In this document: positions 9,101-18,945 of the stretch, in pieces
Position numbering within the stretch: position 1 is the first letter of the stretch
Layout of the letters: every line of letters starts with the position of its first letter
Virus record (IMG/VR): IMGVR_UViG_3300045988_080954
Strand: one strand, 5' to 3'
From: a virus
DNA: 64,000 nt
Made by a program: the position numbers and the translations under genes
The notes under the pieces: generated by a model
What the model saw: the letters and a program-made list of their open reading frames with translations, nothing else
Told to the model about the DNA's origin: nothing
The model's database searches: none

Positions 9101-11165
9101 CCTGATTAACGCATTAGTAAGCGCCTTAGATGCTTTCGCAAAAGCCTTAGGAAAGCTTGACGATAAACAGATAGAAGCTCTTGGCGAAGCTCTGGCACGG
9201 TTTTTTATTATAAGGGGAAGCATTAAGTTTGCCCGAAATATATACAATGTAGTCAGTTCTATCAGCGCACTCAGAACAATCTTCGGTGGGTTAGGAACGG
9301 TTCTTTCCACAACCAGTGGTGCATTACAGGCATTCTTTGGCTCTGGGCTAGGTTCTACACTTGTAGCAGGATTCGCAGACAGTATGGTTGTCTTAGGAAC
9401 TGCAATAGCAGGATTCAATCTCGGAAAATGGATAAGTGTTAATCTGTTCGGCGGCGAAGACAAAACCTTCGGTGAGTTTTTGGAAGATAATGTATTTGGC
9501 TATCAAAAAGGAGATTTCACCGGAGCTATGAACGAATGGCTAAAGGACATTTTTGGAGTTGGAAACAATCTCACAGAGGATGATTTGAAAATATTCCAGG
9601 AATATGAAGATGCCATTCTTAGTCTGGTTCGTGCAAGCCAGATTTCAGGCGAACAAGCATATCCTTTATTAACATTCCTTTCTGAATTGAAAGATAACGG
9701 ATATAGCACAGAGCAGGCATTGCATGAACTTGAACTTAAGCTCAATAATCTCGGGGTTTCTTCAGAAGATTTTGAGAATGCGATAGCAGGAGTAAATAAA
9801 CCAGTCAAAGACCTTGGAGATACAGCAGAAACATCCTCTAATCAGTTCTCGAATATGGCTGATCGGATTAACAATGTTTCGTTTGAGGATATCTCAGAAC
9901 AGCTTACAGGATTCCAGACACTTATCCAGACTGTTGATTTTGCGACTCTGGTAACAGATACAGCAAATGCAATTGATGAGATGGGTGGTATTTGGGAAAA
10001 CGGAAAGCAGATTCTTGGCGAAAAAGCATTACAAATCTATCAAGAAATTTCAAAAGGATTGGAACCAGATGAGAACGGTTACTATACTTTGGCAAACGGA
10101 CAGATGGTGCAGTTCGGAAAAGGTATTTCTGACTATGAAAGCACTCTGCAAAGCACAATGGACTCAACTCTGCAAGGGGCAATCAACGGCGTTCTGGATA
10201 ACAATTCTGGTTTCGAATTAGTTACAAAACTCGGAAAGAATCAGATTCTTGCCGTAGGCAGTGGAATTGAACAGAACGGCAGTAAAGTCACCGAAAAACT
10301 CAACTCAACAATTCAATTATCTGCAAAAGGCGCACAAGAAACTGCAAAATCAAGTGGTAAAACCCTTGGAAGCAACATTGCGGAAGGATTACAGTCTGGA
10401 ATTGACGGAAAGAAAGATTCCACAAAGACTTCGATTCTTGATTTAATGAACAACAGTGTAAAAGCCCCCGCGCAGGAAGCAGTAGACTCCCACTCTCCGT
10501 CCAGATGGTTCAAACAGCTTGCGGAATACTGCGGTCAAGGGTTCCAAAACGGATTAGAGCCGGGCTTTTCCTCATCATTTACATGGTTTGGAAGAATCCG
10601 AACCAGAATCAGCAATTCTATTGGAAACCTGTATAATGTCGGCTGGAACTCTATTATTGGCTTAAACAATGGAATCGTAAGCGCGGCACAACAACTTTAT
10701 GCAAATGTGCAAAAAATCGCACAAAATATATCAAATACGTTCCGCAAAGTTCTTAAGATCCATAGTCCGTCGCAGGTAATGATGGAACTCGGCGGATTCA
10801 CCATTGAGGGATTCCAACTCGGTATGCAAAGTATGCTTCCAAAAGTCGAATCAACCATCAATGATATAAGCGCCGAAGTGCAGAAGATTAATACACCGAC
10901 TGCGGACATTATCACAAAGAGTACATCCTATCAGGAAGTAAAAAACAGAATGTCTGTTGATACAGATGATTTTGTTGATGACATTCGGAAAGAAGTCATG
11001 GCAATCAGTAGTAACACGTTTGACAATAATCAGATGATCGGGCAGGCAGTCAAAAACGCTCTAAACGGCATGGCAATCTATGCAGACGGACATCTGATTG
11101 GATATCTAAAAGAAGAAAATCAGCAGTTCAGAAATCGTAATGGATACGGAATATTTGAAGGGTAG
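6189..11165 (+). CDS. tail tape measure protein (1658 aa)
   Basis: Largest ORF, directly after the chaperone pair. Reiterated RLANAG / QLANAG / QLANSG motifs and long Ala/Gly/Leu/Ser-rich helical and hydrophobic tracts. At about 0.15 nm per residue this implies a tail of roughly 250 nm (inference). Confidence 0.9.
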   Translation: MPDNTIDSLAIEVSSNVSNASKSIDDLCNKLNRLSSRMSESIKYLRDFSASVGTANSAVQALKLDRLDLSTINSQLQQFVQSMSVLGSLNLRNNGLNSFVNAIRRLNETLNSTGDVSGKIQNMISELSGLGSIPDVSNNVNRFISSLARLANAGSSIDAVVSKLPKLGEELRKIIVSFSGIGNISQPINTFVQSISQLANAGDKTGKTATQLNDLANSLKSFFQTMSTAPRISSSTIQMTQAIAQLANSGANAGRAARSTASAFSGLGQGAATSTGKVRKLANAVGSVGSKAKKSLPSIMSLVAKFWTLKFVVEKFGSAIESSMNFLEDYNYFQAAFRQVADKAGKTWSEAGYDSAEAYANSFSQRARELTSKMSGFDVSDNGILSANKTGKSLGMDPSMLLNYQGQFAQLSSSMGTTSEQALKLSNALTMIGADLASVKNLDFNTVYENLSSGLVGMSRAVDKYGANIRVANLQQYASNLGLQTAVSKMDQASKAMLRTIVILDSTRYAWADMANTINMPANQLRILRANLVSCARALGNIFMPVVAAVLPYINGLVIAFQRLLTYIGSLLGVDTKIGNMFGSIGSGSENLSNALDTIDDSSLSDVDDTTKDTSDNLKNATKNAKKLKQFLASYDELEVMSKDDSSLSNLANSKIKTPALDTSALDAGILNDALDKLLNEYQKKWDAAYNSMENKAMAFANKVTDTFKKLAKVAEPTTKALKNLWNNGLKQLRDFTWTALKDFWNHFLVPLGKWTLGEKGLPRLINAFNDFLVKINWDKINASLVQLWDVLEPFAENVGTGLLDFFDDFFDKAADGVNKLPDLIDRFKEFIATFSPEQAQSIGYFLGQLLTAFAAFKGLTWFGGIFGKEGVIGKGITMLAAHPYASIVAGLGLTVAALDKFGVIDVDWDGLWTRIGNLKDVIVNFIKNINWDSLIKTIGDVWDVFQPFAEGFADGFISFFDIMLNDIGAPLINALVSALDAFAKALGKLDDKQIEALGEALARFFIIRGSIKFARNIYNVVSSISALRTIFGGLGTVLSTTSGALQAFFGSGLGSTLVAGFADSMVVLGTAIAGFNLGKWISVNLFGGEDKTFGEFLEDNVFGYQKGDFTGAMNEWLKDIFGVGNNLTEDDLKIFQEYEDAILSLVRASQISGEQAYPLLTFLSELKDNGYSTEQALHELELKLNNLGVSSEDFENAIAGVNKPVKDLGDTAETSSNQFSNMADRINNVSFEDISEQLTGFQTLIQTVDFATLVTDTANAIDEMGGIWENGKQILGEKALQIYQEISKGLEPDENGYYTLANGQMVQFGKGISDYESTLQSTMDSTLQGAINGVLDNNSGFELVTKLGKNQILAVGSGIEQNGSKVTEKLNSTIQLSAKGAQETAKSSGKTLGSNIAEGLQSGIDGKKDSTKTSILDLMNNSVKAPAQEAVDSHSPSRWFKQLAEYCGQGFQNGLEPGFSSSFTWFGRIRTRISNSIGNLYNVGWNSIIGLNNGIVSAAQQLYANVQKIAQNISNTFRKVLKIHSPSQVMMELGGFTIEGFQLGMQSMLPKVESTINDISAEVQKINTPTADIITKSTSYQEVKNRMSVDTDDFVDDIRKEVMAISSNTFDNNQMIGQAVKNALNGMAIYADGHLIGYLKEENQQFRNRNGYGIFEG

Positions 11166-11173
11166 GTGATAGA

Positions 11174-11599
11174 ATGAGCGACTTTATTGCAGGAAGTAGT
11201 TTCCAAGGTTGGCTTTTAAAGTTCGGGGGAAGTGTTCTCCCGAACAAATTCTTAGCCTATGATGATTACTCCGCAACTCCGAATCAGCGAACAGAGATAG
11301 AAGCGTACAGAGACTTAAACAATCTCTTGCACAGGGACACAAGCCCGAATTTTAAGACAAAAATTGATTTCAACACACGACCGATGTGGTTGCCGGACAA
11401 AATAGAGATGCAGTCTGTTTTCAAATCGGGATTAGTCAATAAGGCGCAGCGGAAGTACAAGGTCACATACTGGGACGACGAGGAAAACACCTACAAAACA
11501 GGTGTTTTTTATATGCCTGATATTGAGTACAAGCCTATCAGAATTGTAGGGAATAACATTTTGTATAACAAAATCCGAATCGCACTGATCGAATACTAA
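11174..11599 (+). CDS. tail component in the distal-tail-protein position (141 aa)
   Basis: Starts 9 nt after the tape measure stop. Positional call only; short for a typical Dit. Confidence 0.4.
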   Translation: MSDFIAGSSFQGWLLKFGGSVLPNKFLAYDDYSATPNQRTEIEAYRDLNNLLHRDTSPNFKTKIDFNTRPMWLPDKIEMQSVFKSGLVNKAQRKYKVTYWDDEENTYKTGVFYMPDIEYKPIRIVGNNILYNKIRIALIEY

Positions 11600-11663
11600 C
11601 AACCAGAGTGCATGGGTGTCACAGCTCATGTGCTCTTTTATTTTTATAAGCAGGAGGAAAATT

Positions 11664-14600
11664 ATGGCTATACTTACTGCAAATATTGGTTCTGTTACTG
11701 ATACAGATATAGTTGCAACTTTAGATACAGATACCGGAATATTGAGTGTTTCTGGAATTGGTGCAACAAAAGAAATACAGCAACCGAGTCGAGATACAGG
11801 GGGAATTTTTGATGATGGTGGAGAATATTCTTATTTTGTAAAAAAAATTTCAATATCTGAAGGAATTACGGAACTTAATGGTGATTGCTTCTACTATATG
11901 AAGAATGCAACTGAGGTTGAAATTCCTTCTACATTACAGGTCATAGGTGAAAGATGCTTCTTTTACTGCTCTTCTGTTCCTGAGTTTGTGATACCAGATG
12001 GCTTAAAGACTATCAAAGATGATGCGTTTTATGGATGTACAAATAGTGTTGCTGTAATACAAAGCAGAGATGTAGTTATTTATAATACTCTTTCGAGTAT
12101 ATTTCCAAATACATTAAATGTTAAAAAAATCAAAGGATATTCCGGCTCAACAGCAGAAACATACGCAAAAACATATGATGTTCCGTTCGAGTTTATTGAC
12201 CCTCAGATAACTTATCCTATTCAAATAGGAACGCCAAATGCTGAAAATGTGTCTCTTACGTTCGATTCTGATACAGGAATTATGACTATTTCCGGAAATG
12301 GTGAGTTTTTGCCGCTGGGTTCCATCGAAAACCTTCCGAGTTCAATAACAAAAGACACAAAGATTTTAAATATCGGAAATGGAATTACTAAGATACCCGC
12401 CTCAATGTTCTCTTCTAATCCGGAAAGCCTTGAACAAATCTCTTTTCCAGATACATTGTCCGAAATTGGAGGTGGAAATTTTAATTCTTGTTCCAAAATA
12501 ACAGAACTCGCATTTCCAAAATCTCTAAGAAAAATTAGCGGAGGGTGTTTTGTTTCACTCACTAGCTTGCAGACTGTAACATTTAGCGAAGGGCTTGAAA
12601 CGATAGAAGGTGGAGCATTTTCGAATTGCCCACTTGTTAAAAATTTAGTGTTCCCATCAACTCTTAAAACTATGCCTATGGCTTTTGGGAGCAGCACTCT
12701 TGAGAGTGTTGAGATCGGTGGAGAAAATGTATCTTTTGTATCTAGTGGGAGCGGAATTGCAAATGTATCCGCTAAGAATTTAATAATTCGTGGTGGTACT
12801 ATATATAGTGGGGCATTTTCTGGTAAAAATATAGAAGCCTTAGAACTAAAATCAACTGTGAAATTAAATGGCTCTGCACAATTTGTTGGATGTAGAAAAT
12901 TAAAAAGTGCTTTAATTGAAAACGGAATCACGGGCATATCAACTGCTTGTTTTAATAACTGTGTTCTTATTGACAGCATTGAACTTCCAAATAGTGTCGT
13001 GGAATTAGGTGAAAGTGCTTTTGCAGGATGCAGTTCTTTAAAAAGCATAACATTATCAATAAATATAAAAAAAATCCCTAACTCTTGCTTTTCTGGTACT
13101 GGGTTTGAGACGTTTTCTATACCCAATGAATCGGGCGTAGAAGAAATCCAGGATGATATATTTTATAATTGTTCTAGTTTGAAAAATATATATATCGGAA
13201 AAAATGTTAAAACTATTAATAGTAAGGCTTTTCGAAATGTAGATAGTCCTATTATTAAAATTAGCCAAGAAGAAAACTCCATATCCGGTGCGCCATGGGG
13301 AGCTACAAACGCAACAATAGAGTGGATAAGTAAGTATATCACGAAAATTGAAGTAATTTCTTTGCCAAACAAAGTCAAGTATAAAAAAGGTGAATCTTTC
13401 GATACCTCCGGATTGACAGTAAAGGCGATTTATAGTGATGAAACGGCAGAGGAAATAACAGATTACGCATTATCTTCACCTGATATGTCATCTGTTGGGA
13501 CGAAGAAAGTAACCGTAACGTATCAAAACCAAACCACCGCGTTTAATATCAGTGTCATTGATATAATCAAAATTGAAATTACAACACTCCCGTCAAAAAT
13601 CGAATACCGAAAAGGCAGTAAACTTGATACATCAGGTATGGTAGTTTCAACAGTCTGGACAGATGGTTCAAAAGAAGTTTTAGCAGACGGATATACTGTG
13701 TCTGATTTAGATAGCACTGAAACAGGTGAGAAAACTATCACAGTCACGTATCAGACTTTTACAGCAACATTCGTAGTAACGGTTGTTGCAAGCACCGCAG
13801 GAATCCGTATCTCTCATTATCCGGATAAAATTTATTACAAAATAGGCGATCAATTAAACACTTCTGGGTTGTCTGTTATGAAATACAGAGAAGATGGAAG
13901 CGAAGAAGAGGTTTTTCGGTACAATGTATCGGGTTTTGATAGCTCTAAATCTGGGAATAGCACAGTTAGAGTTTTTTATACCGAAATCATAAGTAGCACA
14001 GAATCTGAAACTTTTAGCACAACATTTAGTGTTAAAATCACGAATGATGGGCGGAATCCTTTTGAAGAAAATTCAGATCCTATCAATATTACTGTACACT
14101 GGATAAACGGCGAATTTGAGGATTTAACAAATGAGAATATCCAGCAAAGTTCCGTAACCTTACAGGAGTCAATTTGCTCTGAAAACTACTTTATTTTCGG
14201 CGGCTGTGTGTGCAATCAGATAAGTTTTTCAGCGCACCATAAACAGTTTGACGGTACCGGAGAAGAATGTTATCCGACCGGAAAAATTGAAGTTTATTTG
14301 GAACGAAACAAAACCAAATTAAAGATTTTCACAGGGGAAATTGATACCGCAGAAAGAGCATCAAATTCCCTGACCAGAAATTTTGTTGCGTATGATTATC
14401 TGTATAAATTACGAAACACTGATATTGCATGGTGGTATAAAAATCGTACGGTTGATAGTCAAATGGTGTTCTCACAGAAACAATTCAGAGACGCATTATT
14501 TGACTATTTGGGAATTGAACAGGTTGAAACAGCGCTCGAATATGACAATGCTTCTGTGCCGAATACGAACGTTTCAAACGAGATAAATGCAATTAATACA

Positions 14601-15488
14601 ATCAAAGATTTATGTCTCCAAAATAGTGTTTTTGGATGGATGAACAGGGATGGAAAATTCGAGTATTTGAAACTCCCAGAGAACAGTTATCAGTTCGGAA
14701 CAACTGTCTCAGGCGTAAAAATATATAAATATTTTGAAGCACAAATTCATCTGGATACGTTCAAAAGTTTCTACGCAAAAGAGGGCAGAATTTGGTTCCC
14801 ACAGGAGTTTATGGCAGACCCATATCCGGGCATCTTTTCATCCGGCGAACCATCAGCTCAGGAAGCATATGAAAAGAACATTTTTCACAACCGGAACAGT
14901 TTTTTTGTCGGCAATCAGGACTGGTTAAATATGGCTTTCGACGCAGACGAATACGGCGTATATACACGCTCAAAACCGCTGGTAAATCTCTGTTATGGAA
15001 CGACATCCAAATTAGACCCGTCACACCTATATCGGGCACAGGAATACACGGCAGAAGTTGTAGGAAATCCGTTTAATATGGTTGGCCAGACTGTAGAGAT
15101 GAAAACTATCAAATATCTGGACGATGGTACCGAACTTCCGGTATTGGTAAACAGCTATATTATGAGCCGCACATTAAAGATAAGTGGCGGCACGAGTTTG
15201 ATTGATGCCTACAGCGCGAAAAACAGCCCATATAACGGAAATAATCAACAGCTTGGTAAATATACCCCTGAGATATCTGCAACAGTAAATCAGACCCGTT
15301 CCGAGCTTCCTACGATCAGTTACGAGGAGTTTTCCGACGGTACTGATATTGAGATGCTGGCAGACGATATAACGACCGTTAAAAAGGCTCAATTGCGTTG
15401 CATAAAACGAATTAAAAAAGCCGATTATGACGCACTTGTAGCGTCAGGCAATGACAGAAAAGACACATTGTATTTTACTTACGAATAG
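11664..15488 (+). CDS. tail-associated protein: BspA-type leucine-rich repeats + three Ig-like repeats + C-terminal tail-tip domain (1274 aa)
   Basis: ATG at 11664 follows AGGAGGA. Repeats of the form I-x-IP-x-x-V-x-x-I-x-x-x-AF-x-x-C-x-x-L across about 550 aa. Three units of about 75-90 aa, for example ITKIEVISLPNKVKYKKGESFDTSGLTVKAIYSDE...KKVTVTYQNQTTAFNISV. C-terminal part of about 450 aa resembles siphovirus tail-tip proteins. Confidence 0.75.
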   Translation: MAILTANIGSVTDTDIVATLDTDTGILSVSGIGATKEIQQPSRDTGGIFDDGGEYSYFVKKISISEGITELNGDCFYYMKNATEVEIPSTLQVIGERCFFYCSSVPEFVIPDGLKTIKDDAFYGCTNSVAVIQSRDVVIYNTLSSIFPNTLNVKKIKGYSGSTAETYAKTYDVPFEFIDPQITYPIQIGTPNAENVSLTFDSDTGIMTISGNGEFLPLGSIENLPSSITKDTKILNIGNGITKIPASMFSSNPESLEQISFPDTLSEIGGGNFNSCSKITELAFPKSLRKISGGCFVSLTSLQTVTFSEGLETIEGGAFSNCPLVKNLVFPSTLKTMPMAFGSSTLESVEIGGENVSFVSSGSGIANVSAKNLIIRGGTIYSGAFSGKNIEALELKSTVKLNGSAQFVGCRKLKSALIENGITGISTACFNNCVLIDSIELPNSVVELGESAFAGCSSLKSITLSINIKKIPNSCFSGTGFETFSIPNESGVEEIQDDIFYNCSSLKNIYIGKNVKTINSKAFRNVDSPIIKISQEENSISGAPWGATNATIEWISKYITKIEVISLPNKVKYKKGESFDTSGLTVKAIYSDETAEEITDYALSSPDMSSVGTKKVTVTYQNQTTAFNISVIDIIKIEITTLPSKIEYRKGSKLDTSGMVVSTVWTDGSKEVLADGYTVSDLDSTETGEKTITVTYQTFTATFVVTVVASTAGIRISHYPDKIYYKIGDQLNTSGLSVMKYREDGSEEEVFRYNVSGFDSSKSGNSTVRVFYTEIISSTESETFSTTFSVKITNDGRNPFEENSDPINITVHWINGEFEDLTNENIQQSSVTLQESICSENYFIFGGCVCNQISFSAHHKQFDGTGEECYPTGKIEVYLERNKTKLKIFTGEIDTAERASNSLTRNFVAYDYLYKLRNTDIAWWYKNRTVDSQMVFSQKQFRDALFDYLGIEQVETALEYDNASVPNTNVSNEINAINTIKDLCLQNSVFGWMNRDGKFEYLKLPENSYQFGTTVSGVKIYKYFEAQIHLDTFKSFYAKEGRIWFPQEFMADPYPGIFSSGEPSAQEAYEKNIFHNRNSFFVGNQDWLNMAFDADEYGVYTRSKPLVNLCYGTTSKLDPSHLYRAQEYTAEVVGNPFNMVGQTVEMKTIKYLDDGTELPVLVNSYIMSRTLKISGGTSLIDAYSAKNSPYNGNNQQLGKYTPEISATVNQTRSELPTISYEEFSDGTDIEMLADDITTVKKAQLRCIKRIKKADYDALVASGNDRKDTLYFTYE

Positions 15489-15499
15489 GAGGGTGACAG

Positions 15500-16708
15500 A
15501 TGATTTACAGGGCTTTTGCAAATGGCAAAGAAATTACAGATTTCCCTATCTCTGGTGTAAACACCGTCGCTGTATATGGCGGCGATACGCTGTTATGGAA
15601 AAAAGAGAGTGGCGGAATGTTCTCAGATTGGATTGTTAGAAATGTAATTCATTGTGGCCAATGCTCACTTTTGTCATTAACTGCTACAGGTAATGCTACA
15701 GGTAATGCTAAAAAGCATCCGTATATGATTGCTACGCCAAAATCATATGCCCCATACTATGAAAAAATTTATGAAATAGGAGACTATAACAGCTATGTAT
15801 GTGATGCGTCTGTAGGTGTTTTTAATGAAGAACTGTACGTCATGGAATGGTCTATGGCTCAGAATGTAGTTCCAAATTCAACAGATACCATTTCGTACAT
15901 TAGAATCTTAGGTTTTTATATTTATTCAAGTGATATGAAACTCAAAAGCCACTTTAAAGTGGACTATCTCCTTGAATTTGACAAGAGCAAAGTTTCCCAA
16001 TGCGGGGGTGTATATCCGTACAAAATGTGGGTTGAAAATAATCGTTTTCATTTTATATGTTCATATTGTACATCAGCAGACTGGATCCATGGAAAATATA
16101 CACCACTTTCGTTAGAAACGCTTGTTTTTGAAGAAGGGAAATTGATTGAACGACAGCAAAGTTCAACATTGAATTGTAACTATAAATATGATTTATATGA
16201 CGATTGGTGTGTTTACACTACAACTATATCTTCAGAGCCACACAATGGAAATTATTATTATATTGCAACTGAGGGAGTGGCTTATAATTCAGATTCACGT
16301 TTAACAGAAGTAAACACAAAAGAACCGTCGCTCAAAGTTTTATCAGGAACACAACGCGATTTTCACAGTTATTATGCAGGATGCCACAACGGAAAATCTT
16401 TATGGAGGCGTAATGAAAGTATTTGTGAACTTATAGATACTAATTATACAGTAAAATGCCGAGATTCTGATTTTTCTGCAAGCCGCGGATTTGTACCTTA
16501 CAAAAATGAATATTTATGCCTAGGGTTCTCAAATCGTTATCCGGCAGTAAGAAGTAGTAAAAACGGAGCAGTCGGTAAAGATGATATTATATATGCATCA
16601 AGTCAAAGAGCTATTGGAGCTGAAGGAATCATTATAGAAAACGGAATAGTATATGTCTATTCACAACCTTCTGCTTTTACAACCTATTGCGATATATTCA
16701 AAGTTTAG
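15500..16708 (+). CDS. putative receptor-binding / tail accessory protein (402 aa)
   Basis: RBS AGGAGGG. Last gene of the tail operon. Cys/Tyr/Asn-rich, no recognised motif. Confidence 0.4.
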   Translation: MIYRAFANGKEITDFPISGVNTVAVYGGDTLLWKKESGGMFSDWIVRNVIHCGQCSLLSLTATGNATGNAKKHPYMIATPKSYAPYYEKIYEIGDYNSYVCDASVGVFNEELYVMEWSMAQNVVPNSTDTISYIRILGFYIYSSDMKLKSHFKVDYLLEFDKSKVSQCGGVYPYKMWVENNRFHFICSYCTSADWIHGKYTPLSLETLVFEEGKLIERQQSSTLNCNYKYDLYDDWCVYTTTISSEPHNGNYYYIATEGVAYNSDSRLTEVNTKEPSLKVLSGTQRDFHSYYAGCHNGKSLWRRNESICELIDTNYTVKCRDSDFSASRGFVPYKNEYLCLGFSNRYPAVRSSKNGAVGKDDIIYASSQRAIGAEGIIIENGIVYVYSQPSAFTTYCDIFKV

Positions 16709-16789
16709 AAGATGGATAAAAAACAGCGATCATTGATTTTTCGCCTCAAATACGCTATAATAAAACCATAGAAATTTGAATCTGAAATT

Positions 16790-16843
16790 AGAGCCGAACG
16801 GAGTGAGCCAAACCGAAATGGGCTCAATTCCTCGGCTCTTTTT
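16790..16843 (+). terminator. intrinsic terminator ending the tail operon
   Basis: AGAGCCGA (16790-16797) pairs with TCGGCTCT (16832-16839). Inner GAGCC/GGCTC stem, then a T-run. Confidence 0.6.
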
Positions 16844-17012
16844 GCTTATTTTAATGTTAATTTTTGCAAATAAGAACCCCAAAATAGCAAATAAGAGCGC
16901 ATTTTCCATAAAAATCGAAATAAGCCCTTATTCGTCCAAAAACCATCAAAATTCCAGTCCCGACCGTGCTAAAATGTAACTATATTAAAAATAAAAAATG
17001 AATAATTTGTAA

Positions 17013-17245
17013 ACGTAAATTTTACTTGTTTTCAGAATAAATCAATTATCTTAGAAATTATAAAAAATCGGATGAAAGTTTTCTGAAAACAAGCAATTTT
17101 CATTTACATAATATCTCAATGTAACGTTACAATAACGTTACCAGTAACGCAATGTAACGCAATAGAATAAGAATAAGAAATAGAATAAGAATATAATTAA
17201 TATATATACGAGATATATATTAATCGTCAAATAAGGCTTATTTGA
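17013..17245. repeat. repeat- and palindrome-dense non-coding island
   Basis: CTTGTTTTCAGAA (17025-17037) and its exact complement TTCTGAAAACAAG (17081-17093). CAATGTAACG x2 (17117, 17150) plus the GTAACGTTAC palindrome. AGAATA-type hexamer x5 (17164-17193). ATTAATATATAT-ACGAG-ATATATATTAAT hairpin (17196-17224). TCAAATAAG-G-CTTATTTGA (17227-17245). Confidence 0.85.
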
Positions 17246-17424
17246 CCCTGACATTCTTAATTCGTTTCAGCCCGAATCGAACTATTTTATTAACGACCTC
17301 GTATTTGACTTGTATAACGATTTTATGTGTAATTCGATAAAAACCTCGAATGACGTATAAAAATTGATTCTAGGGGCAGATACGGAGCTTGCAAGGTATA
17401 TTTAACAGAAAGGAGCAACGTGAT

Positions 17425-18855
17425 ATGACAAACGAGCAGAAAGCAGTTCTCAGAAAGATTATTTATGCAGTCGAAACCGGCGGACAGATTTACGGACAGC
17501 AAGATTATTCGGACTTCACAGAAGCCTACACTAATTCTTCTGAAGAACACGCAATCACAATCGGGGCAGGAGCATGGTATGCAACTGAAGCCAAGATCCT
17601 TCTGGAACGGATTTACAATGCTGACCCGGAACAATGGGAGAAGATAGATAAGGTCAGACTTCTGGAACAGGTCCAGACCGCAAACTGGGAGTGTTTCAAT
17701 ATTTCCAGAGTGTCACAGCTTGCCGACACCATAGTTGCCCTTATTTCGTCCGATTTGGGCGTTAAATGCCAAGATAACCTTATGGATGAACAATTAGCCA
17801 CATATGCAGATGAAGCCCTTAAACAGGGCGTTACGGATGCTAGAGCGCAAGCCATGTGCGTGAACTTTAGGCACCAAGGCGGACAGGGAGCAGTAACGAG
17901 AATTTTGGCAAAGACTCAGAAGCCATACACACTCGATAATCTCTATGCAGCCTGCCAGACGGACACAGGGAACCAAGTCGGGGTATATAAGAGCAGACAG
18001 AAGTTTGTTTACGATGCATTAAAGACATATTTTCCAGAAAGTGAGGATAAGAGCATGAACGCAATCGACAAATTAATCCAGATCGCAAAGAATGAAGTTG
18101 GTTATCTCGAAAAGGCAAGCAATAGCCAACTTGACAGCAAAACAGCGAACGCCGGAGAAAATAATTATACAAAATACTGGCGAGATATTAAGCCGGATTA
18201 TCAGGGGCAGCCATGGTGCGCAGCGTTTGTTTCATGGTGCATGATGAAAGCATTCGGATTAGACGCAGCAAAGAAACTTTTGAAACACTGGCCATACGTT
18301 TACTGCCCGACAATGGCAGATTTGTTTACTTTGAACAGCAATCCAAAAGTCGGAGACATTGTTATTTTCTACAGAAACGGAGAATTTACGCATACTGGAA
18401 TCGTAATAAAAGTGTCAGGAGATCGGTTCTGGACAGTCGAAGGAAACACTTCTGGCGGCTCAACGGTCATTGCAAACGGCGGTGGCGTGTGCCAAAAAAG
18501 CTACTACAATAGTAATCTCCCGGGAACAAAATTCTGCACTCCAAACTACAGTTTAGTCAAAAATACAACGCCAGTATCTGGGTCAGATACAGTCAAAAAA
18601 CAGAACACCAGAGCCTACATTGCACAGATTAAAAAAGACACAAAATGTTATGTGGAATCAAACAAAAATAGCCCATCTAAACTGTTTCCAAAGTTGAAAA
18701 AAGGTGCAATTGTAGAGGTAATGAAGTACACAGAAACTGACAGTTCGGGATTGAAATGGTACTTCATTCGCATTCCTTATCCGAATGACGACGGGTTCGT
18801 TTTTGAATTTATTCCAAAAGGAACATTCACCAGAATTACAGATATTTCCAAATGA
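17425..18855 (+). CDS. endolysin: N-terminal lysozyme-like(?) domain + CHAP peptidase + C-terminal SH3b-like domain (476 aa)
   Basis: ATG at 17425 follows AAAGGAG. CHAP Cys context QGQPWCAAFVSWC and His context GEFTHTGIVI...TVEGNTS. C-terminal AIVEVMKYTETDSSGLKWYFIRI is SH3b-like. N-terminal AVETGGQIYG domain is unassigned. Confidence 0.8.
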   Translation: MTNEQKAVLRKIIYAVETGGQIYGQQDYSDFTEAYTNSSEEHAITIGAGAWYATEAKILLERIYNADPEQWEKIDKVRLLEQVQTANWECFNISRVSQLADTIVALISSDLGVKCQDNLMDEQLATYADEALKQGVTDARAQAMCVNFRHQGGQGAVTRILAKTQKPYTLDNLYAACQTDTGNQVGVYKSRQKFVYDALKTYFPESEDKSMNAIDKLIQIAKNEVGYLEKASNSQLDSKTANAGENNYTKYWRDIKPDYQGQPWCAAFVSWCMMKAFGLDAAKKLLKHWPYVYCPTMADLFTLNSNPKVGDIVIFYRNGEFTHTGIVIKVSGDRFWTVEGNTSGGSTVIANGGGVCQKSYYNSNLPGTKFCTPNYSLVKNTTPVSGSDTVKKQNTRAYIAQIKKDTKCYVESNKNSPSKLFPKLKKGAIVEVMKYTETDSSGLKWYFIRIPYPNDDGFVFEFIPKGTFTRITDISK

Positions 18856-18945
18856 CAGTTGTAATATAATCTTTGTAATGCTATAATAAATGCGTTCGAT
18901 GTAATAGTTCGTATTAACTTAACCCCTTTTAGTACGATAGTAAAA

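Noticed and set aside
6548-10915. Numerous antisense or alternate-frame ORFs inside the tape measure gene (for example 8720..9463 minus, 247 aa)
   Set aside because: These are shadow ORFs of a long gene with biased composition. None has an RBS, their products are low-complexity Ser/Pro/Asn-rich, and all are fully contained in a far better ORF.
12221-13126. 301-aa minus-strand ORF inside the LRR region
   Set aside because: It is the antisense shadow of the repetitive LRR coding sequence, with no RBS and fully overlapped by the 1274-aa gene.
16776-16979. 67-aa ORF in the tail-lysin intergenic island (possible holin?)
   Set aside because: It has a non-ATG start with no RBS, it spans the tail-operon terminator hairpin, and its product has no convincing pair of TM segments.
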